From contig JBNRSN020000001.1 of NCBI GenBank assembly GCA_051313645.2, positions 260,214,001 through 260,278,000 on the forward strand: DNA of 64,000 bases, in the 5' to 3' direction. The position numbers and the translations under genes were made by a program. Below the pieces are notes generated by a model, which searched no databases, was not told the origin of the DNA, and was given only the letters and a program-made list of their open reading frames with translations. Positions 1 to 12,003 of this stretch are shown here, in pieces (position 1 is the first letter of the stretch; every line of letters starts with the position of its first letter). The stretch is from Centroscyllium fabricii (Eukaryota).

Positions 1-1254
1 AAGGCATTGCAACTAGCAGGACCACCAGCTACAACCCCCGGGGGAACGGGCAGGTAGAGAGAGAGAACGCCACGGTCTGGAAAGCCATCCAGTTAGCCCT
101 AAAGTCAAAAGACCTCCCAGTCACCCGATGGCAGGACGTCCTCCCTGAAGCACTCCACTCTATCCGGTCCCTATTGTGTACTGCCACTAACGCCACCCCT
201 CACGAAAGACTTTTTGCCTTCCCCAGGAAGTCAGCTTCCGGGACCTCGCTACCATCGTGGCTGCTATCTCCGGGACCGGTCCTGCTGCGGAAGCATGTGA
301 GGGGACACAAGGCAGATCCCCTAGTCGAACGGGTCCACCTCCTGCACGCCAATCCCCAGTACGCTTACATAACGTACCCCGACGGGAGGGAGGACACCGT
401 GTCCATAAAGGACCTAGCCCCAGCAGGGATCCCCAAAACCAGCCCGGCCAGGCAGCCCGAGCTCCCAAAACCCCCTGTGACGCCCCCCGAGCCACCGAAG
501 TCGAAGTACACGCTCCGACACGTGGGCCCAGTACCCCAGTATGTCCACAAGGCACCTGCGCGCAGCACGACCCAGCCCCAAGCCTGGATCCACAATGCGC
601 TCCCCCTAGAGCCAGAGGACGAAAGAGAGAGCGCGCCCCCTGCTGTCGAAATAAGGGCATCACCGCCACCCGGAAGTGACATAACCACCACCAGCCAACC
701 AGCAGAAAAGGAACAACCGACGCAACCAGCCACTCCACGACAACGAACACCACAGGCACCGCCAGCACGGCGAGCCACTCCACGACAACGAACACCACAG
801 GCACCACCAGCGCTGCGAAGATCAGCGCGGACAACGAAACCGCCTGAAAGACTAAACATATAGTCAAAAGAACATTAATTGTATATATTTCGTTAATGAG
901 CACCGTGTAATTAGTTGTTTTTTCTTTTTCCTTTTTGTACCCCCCGTGTGTTGTTCACCCCACCGTACTTTGGTTTTTAAAGAAGGGGTGAATGTGATAA
1001 ACTGTATATCACTGTAATACCATGTAACACCTGTATAGCACTGTAATACCATGTAACACCTGTATGAGATCCCAGGGACATACCTGGCGCCGCCCATGAC
1101 TCCTCCCCCACTGGAGGAGGTATATAAAGGACTGTCCCCATCCCCCGCACTATTCTGGGGACAGTCAGCTCGGTTGTGTATCTCTAACGTAGTTAATAAA
1201 AGCCTGATTATTATAACCTACTATTCGACTCCGAAGACGTTATTGACGGTTACA
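1..1254 (+). mobile_element. Gypsy LTR retrotransposon A, 3' part (integrase C-terminus, PPT, 3' LTR 993-1254); 5' part is outside the window
   Basis: Reading frame ends ...RRSARTTKPPERLNI at 863 and closely matches the integrase end of element B. PPT AAGAAGGGG ~980-988. LTR TGTGAT...GTTACA with TATATAA and AATAAAAGCC. Confidence 0.93.
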
Positions 1255-1370
1255 AATATATATTGTGAACTGCTGGGGTCCCAGGACAGATCCCTGCGGC
1301 ACCCCACTAGTCACCGCCTGCCACTCAGAAAATGAGCCGTTTATTCCAACTCTCTGTTTTCTATCTGATG
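1255..1370 (-). mobile_element. CR1 LINE RT fragment (target of Gypsy A)
   Basis: Minus-strand translation QRVGINGSFSEWQAVTSGVPQGSVLGPQQFTIYI, a CR1 RT motif. Confidence 0.8.
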
Positions 1371-1667
1371 AAGAGTACATTTGGGGGTGGATTTTAATTT
1401 GGAGTGGGTTTCTGGCATGCATCACTCCTCATTGATTAATTATTTCTGCCTGTGTTTTATTGCCAGAAAAGCTCCATGCTGATTGCATTCAGTTCTGAGA
1501 CAGAGATTCTAACCGGAGACTGCCGGATCTGCACCAGCCGTTCGCTGGGAGCGCCGACCCTCGTCTGTGTGTTTTCCCGGAGACCCGCTGTCCGGATGGG
1601 CGGGCGACAAAGACCAGGAAGCTTGGCAAGTTTGGACCCCTGCCTGCGGCCATGAGGACTTGTGGTC

Positions 1668-1812
1668 GTGACCCTGCCTTGTGGGCATGAGTGCTTGTGA
1701 CTTTTACCCCTGCCTTGTGGGCATAAGGACTTGAGACTTTGACCCCTGCCTCGTAGGCAAGAGGGCTTGAAACTTTGACCCCTACCTTGTGGGCATTGGG
1801 GCTTGGGAGTTT
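1668..1812. repeat. Minisatellite, ~36 bp x 4
   Basis: CCTGCCTTGTGGGCAT-like unit recurs at ~1673, 1709, 1745 and 1781. Confidence 0.8.
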
Positions 1813-2312
1813 GCCGTGGCTCAAGCGCGGTAATGTGGGGGTTTTATTTTCTTTTGTAAATATTGTAAATAATGGTGTTTTTCTAATTGGTTTTAAATAA
1901 AAGAGTTCTAACTGCTAACATCAGTGAGAGATGGAGGTAGGCAGTTACTTTCCTCATTCTAATTAGATTGCTTTTTTTTTAAAGCCAGTTAATTTTGAAA
2001 GCAAATGAGGGAATACGATGGGAAGAGATGATAGGTGAGAAACTGTTTCCTGAGGGTGAGGTGGTCTCTGGTCTCTTGGCACACACCCCTGGAGGGGAAT
2101 GAGTGAGAGTGGGAGAGACTGGATAGTTTTTTGTTGACTAACTGAAAGAGATACATATTAACTAAATGTTTATGCGCACTCTTATCGAAAACATTGCACA
2201 TCAGTAAATATCCCTGTACAGCATTTAAGATAGATACAACTTCAATCTTATGGTTATCTAATAAAACTCCCACCCCAGGAAAACAGACTTCTTTTTCATG
2301 GAAAACTGTCTC

Positions 2313-3496
2313 AACATAAGAAATAGGAGCAGGAGTAGGCCAATCGGCCCCTCGAGCCCGCTCCGCCATTCAACAAGATCATGGCTGATCTGATCCTAAC
2401 CTCAATTCTACTTTCACTCTCCATCCCGCCCGAACCCATGTGATCTCCCGGGAGAGGCGAAAAACCAGATAAAAAGCCCAGTGGCCAATTTGGGAGAAAA
2501 AATCTGGGAAATTCCTCTCCGACCCATCTAGGTGATCGAACCTTGGCCAGGAGATCACATGGCCGATCTGAACCTAGCCTCACGTCCACTTACCTGCCCG
2601 CTCACCATAACCCCTAATTCCCTTTACTTCTAGGAAACTGTCTATCTCTGTTTTAAATTTATTCAATGTAGTGGCTTCCACAGCTCTCTGGGGCAGCAAA
2701 TTTCACAGCCCCACCACCCTCTGAGTGAAAAAGTTTCTCCTCACCTCAGTTTTGAAATGGCAGCCCCTTATTTTAAGATTATGCCCCCTAGTCCTAGTTT
2801 CACCCACCATTGGGAACATCCTCACCACATCCACCCGATCAAGCCCTTTCACAATCTTATATGTTTCAATAAGATCGCCTCTCATTCTTCTGAGCTCCAA
2901 TGAGTAGAGGCCCAATCTACTCAACCTCTTGTCATATGTCAGCCCCCTCATCCCCGGAATTAACCTAGTGAATCTTCGCTGTACTGCCTCGAGAGCAAAT
3001 ATGTCTTTTCTTAAATATGGACACCAGAACTGCACGCAGTACTCCAGGTGTGGTCTCACCAATACCCTGTACAACTGCAGCAAGACCTCCCTGTTTTTAT
3101 ACTCCATCCCCTTAGCAATAAAAGCCAACGTTCCACTGGCCTTCCTGATCACCTGCTGCACCTGCATACTAACTTTTTGTGTTTCCTGCACCAGGACCCC
3201 CAGATCCCTTTGCACTGAAGTACTTTCCAGTTTCTTTCATTAAGATAATAACTCACTCTATTATTTTTCCTGCCAAAGTGCATAACTTCACACTTTCCAG
3301 TATTATATTCCATCTGCCAAATCTCTGCCCACTCACTTAGCCTATCTATGTCCTTTTGCAGGTTTTAATGTCCTCCTCACTCATCACACTCCCTCCCATC
3401 TTTGTATCGTCCGCAAACTTTGATATGTTGCACTTGAGCCCTTCCTCCAAATCATTACTATAGATTGTAAAGAGTTGGGGTCCCAGCACCGACCCA
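2313..3496 (-). mobile_element. CR1 LINE 3' portion, 5'-truncated
   Basis: ORFs with KFADDTK and RPHLEYCVQFW...RRMRGDLIETYKI...RNFFTQRVV; 3' tail at ~2313-2400. Confidence 0.9.
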
Positions 3497-3533
3497 TATG
3501 AAAGATTAAAAGTGATGCCAGCTTTAACAGTTG

Positions 3534-3812
3534 TGTGGTAAACCTGCGTTATACCACTGTCATGATACCATAATGTACCTGTAAATACCTGGCTATTAAC
3601 TCTGTACATACCTGTAAATACCTGACTGCAGGAGCTTGCCTCGGCTGACCCCGCCTCTGACTCCTCCTCTGGGTCTAGGTATATAGGTTGCTGCTTACCA
3701 TCCCCCGGTCAGTACTGCCCTGAGCTCAGCCAAGCCACGCTCCATTCTTTAGTAAATAAAAGCCTTTAGTTAAGGTAACTCTTCGTCTTTTAGTCTTATT
3801 GACGATACGTCA
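3534..3812 (+). mobile_element. Gypsy solo LTR
   Basis: TG...CA ends; 5-bp TSD AGTTG (3529-3533 / 3813-3817); TATATA and AATAAAAGCC; termini TGTGGTAA / GACGATACGTCA match element C LTR ends. Confidence 0.9.
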
Positions 3813-4069
3813 AGTTGAAAAGTCCCTTCGGTCTCAGAGCAACCATCCTCGTGGTTCTGGATCTGTGGATGGCTGTTTTGACCAGGCCCTGGTGCAAACC
3901 CACAAGGAGGCCCTCCAACCTGCCCAGCCCCACTAAGTATGAGGTTTATTACCCTTTTCGTTTTTTACAACAGATATTGACTCTTCTTATTGCCAATTAG
4001 GATGAGAGTGTCATCAATCAAATTTAACAAAAGTTCCCCCTTTCTAAAGGGGCACAAACAATATAAATA

Positions 4070-5340
4070 AAATTACTCGAGTCTATAGTTAAGGATAGGG
4101 CGACTGAACACCATGAACATTTTCAGCTGATCAGCATGGATTTGTAAAGGTCAGGTCATGCCTGATTGAATTTTTTAACGAGGTGACTAAAGTAGTGGAC
4201 AGGGGAATTTTTAATTTTATTTTTATCCATTGATGAGATGTGGGCGTCGCTGGCTGGCTAGGCCTGCATTTAGTGCCCATCCCTAATTGCCCTTGAGAAG
4301 ATGGTAGTGAGCCGCCTTCTTGAACCGCTGCAGTCCATATGGTGTAGGTACACCCACAATGTTGTTAGGAAGGGAGTTCCAGGATTTTGGCCCAGCGACA
4401 GTGAAGGAGCGGCGATACAGGTCCAAGTCAGGATGGTGTGTGGCTTGGAGGGGAACTTGTAGGTGGTGCTGTTCCCATGCGTCTGCTGCCCTTGTCCTTC
4501 TAAGTGGTAGAGGTCGCAGGTTTGGAAGGTGCTGTTGAAGGAGCTTTGGCGAGTTGCTGCAGTGCATCTTGTAGATGGTACACACTGCAGCCACAGTGCG
4601 CCGGTGGTGGAGGGAGTGAATGTTGAAGGTGGTGGATGGAGTGCCAATCAAGCGGCCTGCTTTATCCTGAATGGTGTCGAGCTTCTTGAGTGTTGTTGGA
4701 GCTGCACTCATCCAGGCAAGTGGAGAGTATTCCATCACACTCCTGACTTGTGCCTTGTAGATGGTGGAAAGGCTTTGGGGAGTCAGGAGGTGAGACACTC
4801 GCCGCAGAATTCCCAGCCTCTGGCCTGCTCTTGTAGCCACAGTATTTATATGGCTGGTCCAGTTCAGTTTCTGATCAATGGTAACCCCCAGGATGTTGAC
4901 AGTGGGCGATTCAGCGATGATAATGCCATTGAATGTCAAGGGGAGTTTCGTTTGTTGGAGATGGTCATTGCCTGGCACTTGTGTGGTGCGAATGTTATGG
5001 ATGATATTTATATGGACTTCTGGAAGGCATTTGATAAAATCCCTCATAAGAGACTGTTAACTAAAGTTGAAGCCCATGGAATTGAAGGCAAATTATTGAC
5101 CTGGTTAGGAAATTGGCTGAGTGGCAGGAGACAGAGAGTAGGGATAATGGGTAGGTCCTCTCGTGGTGTCCCGTAAGGATCTGTGTCGGGGCCTCAACTA
5201 TTCACTGTACTCAAGCATAAAATTACAAAGCGATTTTGATAGATTAAGAGAATGGATTTCAGTCTAGGCAAATGTCAGGTAATCCACCAGAATGATGCCT
5301 GGACTCCAAAGGTTAAATTACAAAGAGAGATTACACAAAT
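4070..5340 (+). mobile_element. Degenerate CR1 fragment interrupted by another LINE
   Basis: QHGFVK-like segment at ~4130 and DFWKAFDKIPHKRLL...RQRVGI at ~5000-5160. Confidence 0.7.
4215..4990 (-). mobile_element. LINE 3' end (CR1/L2 group; ORF ends RFKKAAHYHLLKGN)
   Basis: ORF 4283-5047 contains ILGVTIDQKLNW...IYKAQVRSVMEYS; the same tail occurs in the SINEs at 14730, 23166, 34290 and 53020. Confidence 0.85.
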
Positions 5341-5598
5341 TAAGAATAAAAACAGAAAATGCTGGAGATACTCAGCAGGCCAGGCAGCATCTGTGGGGGA
5401 GAGAAACAGAGTTAACATTTCAGGTCAATGACCTTTCATCAGAACTGGAAAAAAGCAGGAAATGGAACAGATTTTTAAGCAAGTTTAGGGGCAGGGAAAG
5501 GGGGGAGGGGATGAAAGAACAAAAGGGAAGGTCTGTGATAGGATAGAAGGTAGGAGAGGTTAAGAGGCATTAAGAGACATTCAAGGTGAGAGGAGATG
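5340..5598 (-). mobile_element. Penelope-like element 3' end (family 2), split by the giant foldback; continues at ~13842-14050
   Basis: Homologous to 22350-22760; hammerhead motif at 5410-5446; remainder GGGGCCGAGGTTATGATC...GTCCAGAGG at ~13985-14040. Confidence 0.75.
5410..5446 (-). ncRNA. Minimal type I hammerhead ribozyme motif (PLE family 2)
   Basis: Minus strand reads AGTT-CTGATGA-A-AGGTC-ATT-GACCT-GAAA-TG-TT-AACT: core, stem I and stem II intact; stem III palindrome ACGT decayed to ATGT. Confidence 0.75.
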
Positions 5599-7333
5599 TG
5601 TAAGAAGTCACACAACACCAGGTTACAGTCCAACAGATTTATTTGAAAACCGAAAAATGTGGAGAGAGACACACCGGCTGTGAGCTTCTCAGCAGCTCTG
5701 CTCTGCTCTGCTTGGTGCTGTGTGAACAGGTTGCTCCACACCCCAGCTGCTCCTGGGGAATGCCAGTGCGGTGGGCCCAGTGCACAAGGCCCAGGGTGCA
5801 AGACCCAGAGGAGAGTTTCCTAGGTGGGAAGCCCAGCACGGAGGACCGCAGGCGGGGGGCCCAGGGCAGAGTGGCTGGTCGGCAGAAGCGGAGTCGGGGG
5901 ATGCTGTGGGTGAGCATGCTGTACAGTTTCTAAGGTTTAAGAATGGCCTCAGGCCCGGATGAGTTCCAGGGGCCTTGCCTATGCTCCATCTGGTGGCTGT
6001 GAGGCTTGTTTCATTGACGGGATCGGATTTGTGAGCCGCCATTTTGGTGGAGGAAAGACAGACTGTTTCCATCTGTAGCATGGCGCATGAGGGGCCATAA
6101 GATGGGAAAAGAGAACAGAATAAAAGTAGAAAAAAGGAAAATAAAAGGAAGATAAAAGACAAAGCAAAGTAATATCGGCAAGGAATAATGACTGTCTTGA
6201 TGGCTGGGTCCTGTGAGTGATAACAGCAAGAAGAGGGAAATTTGAGTCGTCGTTTTTCTTCTTTGACAGGATTTGAGAAAGTGGTCGGCTTCTTTCTGTG
6301 GAAAGCTTGAAGACTACGGACAAGGATCATGACATTATATGGTTAGATAACATCAAGTGAAATCAAGGAGTTATCAGAGTGCCAATAGGACTGGTGTAGA
6401 ACTGGTATTTACTTGTTTTGTTTAAGAAGTTTCAGGTTTCTGGTTAAAAGTAGTTTATTTGAAATTGATTTCTGATGTGGTTGTGGGACTTTGTATATTT
6501 TGGTGTTATTTACTGTGGATGTCTTCTTTAATGTACGAACGAACGCTCAAGTGAACGTGCGCATGCGGATACAATAATACGCACACATACACAATGGAAC
6601 TTAACTTCGACCGAATGGAGGGCCCACTCCCCAGGATAATTTGGCACCCTGCTGAGTGAGCGTGAGGCCTGTCTGGACGGATGAACGAATGCACGCATGC
6701 ACACAGGTAGACAAATGGCACACTTGCACGCAGACATGCACAATGGAACTTACGCTTGAACGAACGAACGGAGGAATGAATGACTGAATGATTAAGCGAT
6801 GCCAGTAGGACTGGCGTATATGGGATTTTTCTTCTCTTGGTTTATTGGATAGTGGCAGTTTGTACTGTAAACACTATTGATTTACCTGTAAAAATGTATT
6901 ACAGCTGTATTCTATTATTGTTGACCATAAAGCTTTTTGTTGTGGTCAATGAATGTAATGGATTTACTATGTAATTGATGAGTTGTATAAGTACTGTTGT
7001 ACTTGAATGTTAAAATAAGGAATTACCAATAGGACTGGCGTAACATTGGTTTTTGTTTCATTATGTGTACTTTTATTGTTAGTATTGTTGGTTTGTCTGT
7101 AGGATTTACCGCTGCATTTGTACTGTTAACCCTAGAGCTGTTTTTAAGGTTTTGCTTTATTGCGGCTAGTGAATGTAATGGATTTATTATGTAATTGGTG
7201 AGTTGTATAAGTACTGTTGTACTTGAATATAAAAATATAAACACCAGGTTATAGTCCAACAGTTTTATTAGAAATCACAAGCTTTTGGAGCACTGCTCCT
7301 TCCTCAGGTGAAGTCTTGAAAGCTTGTGATTTC

Positions 7334-10300
7334 TATAACCTTCAATTACGTTCTCGGAGTCGAGTAGTAGATTAGAACAATCAGGCTTTTATTCACTTCA
7401 GTTAGATTACACACCAGCAAGCTGACTGTCCCCTGGAATGGCACGGGGGATGGGGGCAGTCACTTATATACCTCCTCCAGCGGGGGAGGAGTCGTGGGCG
7501 GAGCCGGGTATGTTCCAGGTATCATCTCGCAGTGGAATACAGTACAGGTATAGGTTACATGGTGATACATGGTGATTAGCTATATACAGTGATATACACG
7601 TTTATCACATTCACCCCTTCTTTAAAATGAAAGTACAGCGGGGTGAAAAAGACTAATAATTACAAGAATGATCACAGGAAAAAAATATATATATTACAAA
7701 CAGGGTTCTTATGACTACAGGTTTAGTCTATCAGGCGGTTTCGTTGTCCGCGTTGATCTTCGCACCGCTGGTGGTGCCTGTGGTGTTCGTGGTCGTGGAG
7801 CGGCTGGTTGTGTCGGTTGCTCCATTGATGCTGGTCGACTAGTGGTGGTTGTTGTATTATTTCTGGGTGGCAGTGGTGCCCTTATTCTGACAGCAGGGGG
7901 CGCGTTCTCTCCTTCATCCTCTGACTCTAGGGGGCGCGCGTTGTGGATCCAAGCTTGGGGCCCGGTCGTGCTGCTCGCAGGTGCCTTGTGGACATACTGG
8001 GGTACTGGGCCCACGTGTCGGGGCGTGTACTTCGGCTTCAGCGGCATGGGGAGCGTCACAGGACGTTTTGGGTGCGCGGCCTGCTGGGCGGGGCTTCTTT
8101 GGAGCTCGGGCTGCCTGGCGGGGCTGGGTTTCGGGACTCCTGCTGGGGCTAGGTCCTTTATGGACACGGTGTCCTCCCTCCCGTCGGGGAATGCTATGTA
8201 AGCGTACTGGGGATTGGCGTGCAGGAGGTGGACCTGTTCGACTAGGGGGTCTGCCTTGTGTCCCCTCACATGCTTCCGAAGCAGGACCGGTCCCGGAGAT
8301 AGTAGCCACGATGGTAGCGAGGTCCCGGAAGCTGACTTCCTGGGGAAGGCAAAAAGTCTTTCGTGAGGGGTGGCATTAGTGGCAGTACACAGGAGGGACC
8401 GGATAGAGTGGAGTGCTTCAGGGAGAACGTCCTGCCATCGGGTGACTGGGAGGTCTTTAGACCGTAGGGCTAACTGGATGGCTTTCCAGACCGTGGCGTT
8501 CTCCCTCTCTACCTGTCCGTTCCCCCGGGGGTTGTAGCTGGTAGTCCTGCTAGTCGCGATGCCTTTCGCTAGCAGGAACTGGCGCAGCTCGTCGCTCATA
8601 AAAGAGGCCCCCCGGTCACTATGGATATAGTTGGGGTACCCGAACAGGGAGAAGATGCTACTGAGAGCCTTGATGACGGTGGCGGAGGTCATGTCCTGGC
8701 AGGGGATGGCGAAGGGGAAGCGGGAGTACTCGTCGATGACGTTGAGGAAGTACACATTCCTATTGGATGAGGGAAGGGGCCCTTTGAAATCGACACTGAG
8801 TCGTTCAAAGGGGCGAGTGGCCTTAATCAAGTGCGCCCGGTCAGGCCGGTAAAAGTGCGGCTTGCACTCCGCGCAGACCTGGCAGTTGCTGGTCATGGTC
8901 TTGACCTCCTCGATAGAGTAGGGGAGGTTGCGGGACTTCACAAAGTGAACCAACCTGGTGACCCCCGGGTGGCAGAGGTCATTGTGAAGGGTTTGGAAAC
9001 GGTCAGCCTGTGCGCTGGCACAGGTACCGCGGGATAGGGCGTCTGGGGGTTCGTTAAATATCCCGGGCCGGTACAAGATATCATAATTGAACGCGGATAG
9101 TTCAATTCTCCACCTCAATATCTTGTCGTTCTTGATTTTACCCCGTTCCTTGTTATTAAACATGAATGCGACTGATCGTTGGTCAGTCAGTAGGGTAAAA
9201 CGTTTGCCGGCCAGGTAGTGCTTCCAGTGCCGCACTGCTTCAACAATGGCCTGGGCCTCCTTTTCAACTGAGGAATGGCGGGTTTCGGGGCCTTGGAGGG
9301 TACGTGAAAAGAAGGCCACGGGTCTGCCCGCCTGGTTAAGGGTGGCGGCCAGGGCAAAGTCCGATGCATCGCTCTCTACCTGAAATGGGACGGACTCATC
9401 CACAGCGTGCATCGTGGCTTTGGCAATATCGTTTTTAATTCTGCAGAATGCCGAGTTGGCTTCTGCAGAAAGAGGAAAAGAGGTCGATTTAAGTAGTGGG
9501 CGAGCTTTGTCCGCATAATTGGGGACCCACTGAGCATAATACGCGAAAAATCCCAAACACCGTTTAAGGGCTTTGGGGGTGTGGGGGAGGGGAAGCTCCA
9601 TGAGGGGGCGCATGCGGTCCGGGTCTGGACCGATGACTCCATTCTCCACCACGCTGCCGAGGATGGCCAGGCGGGTGGTGCTAAACACACATTTCTCCTT
9701 ATTGTATGTTAAGTTCAGGGTTTTGGCCGTGTGGAGAAATTTTTGGAGGTTGGCGTTATGGTCCTGCTGATCATGGCCGCAGATGGTCACATTATCAAGA
9801 TACGGGAAAGTGGCTCGCAGCCCGTACCGATCAACCATTCGGTCCATCTCCCTCTGGAAGACCGAGACCCCGTTCGTGACGCCAAACGGAACCCTAAGGA
9901 AGTGGTAGAGGCGACCGTCAGCCTCGAAGGCTGTATAAGGACGGTCCTCTGGGCGGATGGGGAGCTGGTGATAAGCCGATTTTAGATCAATCGTGGAGTA
10001 CACTTTAAACTGGGCGATTTGGTTCACCATGTCCGCTATCCGGGGGAGGGGGTAGGCATCTAGTTGGGTGAACCGGTTTATGGTCTGGCTGTAGTCCACC
10101 ACCATCCTATTCTTCTCCCCGGTTTTCACTACTACTACCTGCGCTCTCCAAGGGCTATTACTGGCCTCTATGACCCCCTCTTTTAGGAGGCGCTGCACCT
10201 CAGATTTTATAAATACCATGTCCCCAGCACTGTAGCGCCTACTTTTGGTGGCGACGGGCTTACAGTCTGGGGTGAGGTTGGCAAAGAGAGATGGAGGGGC

Positions 10301-12003
10301 AACCTTAAGGGTTGAGAGGCCACAGGTAGTGTACTGGGGGTACCGCCTTGAGCCGCGGTTTCTGACCGTGAGTGAGGGAAGGGATCCGCCGAATGCCATC
10401 GTAACGCTCTGAAGGTGGCACTGAAAATCCAGTCCCAGGAGTAGGGGGGCGCAGAGCTGCGGCAGCATGTAAAAACTAAAGTCGTTAAACATTGCGCCCT
10501 GTACATTAAGCGTTACAATACAGCGCCCGGTGACGTCAGCGGATTCCGACTTGGACGCCATCGATATTCTCTGGCGCGCAGGGATTACTGTAAGGGAGAG
10601 GCGCTTTACAGTATTTTGGTGAATAAAACTTACTGTGCTCCCATTGTCGAACAGGCACACCACTTCTTCCCCGTTGACTTCCACCGGCATCATCGATTTC
10701 TCCAGTGGTTGAATCTTCCTCTGGTCTAGGCTCATGGATGCTAACACCGGGTCCTCCGAGTTGTCTTGATCCGGAGAGTAGTCCTCCAAGTCTGCTCCCC
10801 AAGATGGCTGCCACCATGTGTTGTGCTGTGGAGGTGGAGGCTGAGTCCAAGATGGCCGCTGTTGCTGCTGCTGCCACGAGGGCTGCTGAGTGGGGGATGG
10901 GTGAGCCCAATATGGCTGCTCCCCTGTTCCACATGCGGCGCTGCCCAGTTTGGATTTTGCGCTGGTGTTTTTACAAACCTTCGCATAATGTCCCTTCTTG
11001 TCGCATTTTGAGCAGGTCGCTTCTCTAGCAGGGCAGCTGCGTCTTGAGTGCTGAGGTTGTCCACAAAAGTAGCATTTAGCTTTAGCGTGGGCAGCTGTGA
11101 GTAATTCTTCTGCCGGTCGTTGCGCCAGTGCTGTCCAAGATTGCGGGGCTGGGCCCGTATAGTTACTTGAATATGAGGATAGGTCCATTGATGCGCTATC
11201 CAGCGCGTGCCCCAAGTCTGTAGTCGCCTGTAAGTCCTGGCCGTTCTGCTCCAGCAGTCTCTGCCTGGCATAGTCCGATTTTAGGCCTGTTACATAAGCG
11301 TCTCAGATGAGGCTCTCTACGTGGACTTGAGCCGTTTGCGCTCTGCAGTCACAGTCCCGTGCCAGAATTCTGAGGGCTCTTAGGAACTGCACACTTGACT
11401 CGTTATTTTGTTGCTTCCTGGTGGCGAGTATATGTCTCGCGTGGACTATGTTTGGTGCCCGATTATATTCCGTCTCGAGGATCCTGATGGCCTCTTGGAA
11501 CGATGGGGCGTCCACTATCATCGAGTACACTTGAGGGCCCACCCGGGCATGGAGGAGTCGCCGTTTTTGCTCCTCGGTCACTATGACCGCCGCGTTGGCT
11601 CTGATGTACCCTTCGAGCACGTTTCACCAGTGTGAGAAGGCGTTCGATGCTCCTGAAGATCGGGGATCAACTTCGAACACTGCTGGTTTAAGCATTGTGG
11701 TATCCATTTTACAGTAGTGAATAAAATTGTAACCTTCATTTACGTTCTCGGAGTCGAGTAGTAGATTAGAACAATCAGGCTTTTATTCACGACAGTTAGA
11801 TTACACACCAGCAAGCTGACTGTCCCCTGGAATGGCACGGGGGATGGGGGCAGTCACTTATATACCTCCTCCAGCCGGGGAGGAGTCGTGGGCGGAGCCG
11901 GGTATGTTCCAGGTATCATCTCGCAGTGGAATACAGTACAGGTATAGGTTACATGGTGATACATGGTGATTAGCTATATACAGTGATATACACGTTTATC
12001 ACA
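7334..12003 (-). mobile_element. Full-length Gypsy LTR retrotransposon B
   Basis: 276-bp LTRs 7334-7609 and 11728-12003 with ~5 substitutions; TSD ATTTC (7329-7333 / 12004-12008); PPT next to the 3' LTR. Confidence 0.97.
7715..11707 (-). pseudogene. Single-frame gag-pol of element B with two in-frame TGA stops in gag
   Basis: ATG at 11707 is in frame with the 1166-aa ORF. Domains: zinc knuckles (CYFCGQPQH..C, CSKCDKKGHYAKVC), protease LFDNGS, RT DLKSAYHQ and YLDN, RNase H SDASD, HHCC and DDE integrase. Stops at 11624-11626 and 11303-11305. Confidence 0.92.

Noticed and set aside
5689-6330. 213-aa ORF and its mirror at 12848-13505 as a duplicated gene
   Set aside because: Low-complexity F/L/S content, a frameshift between the two arms, and no recognisable domain.
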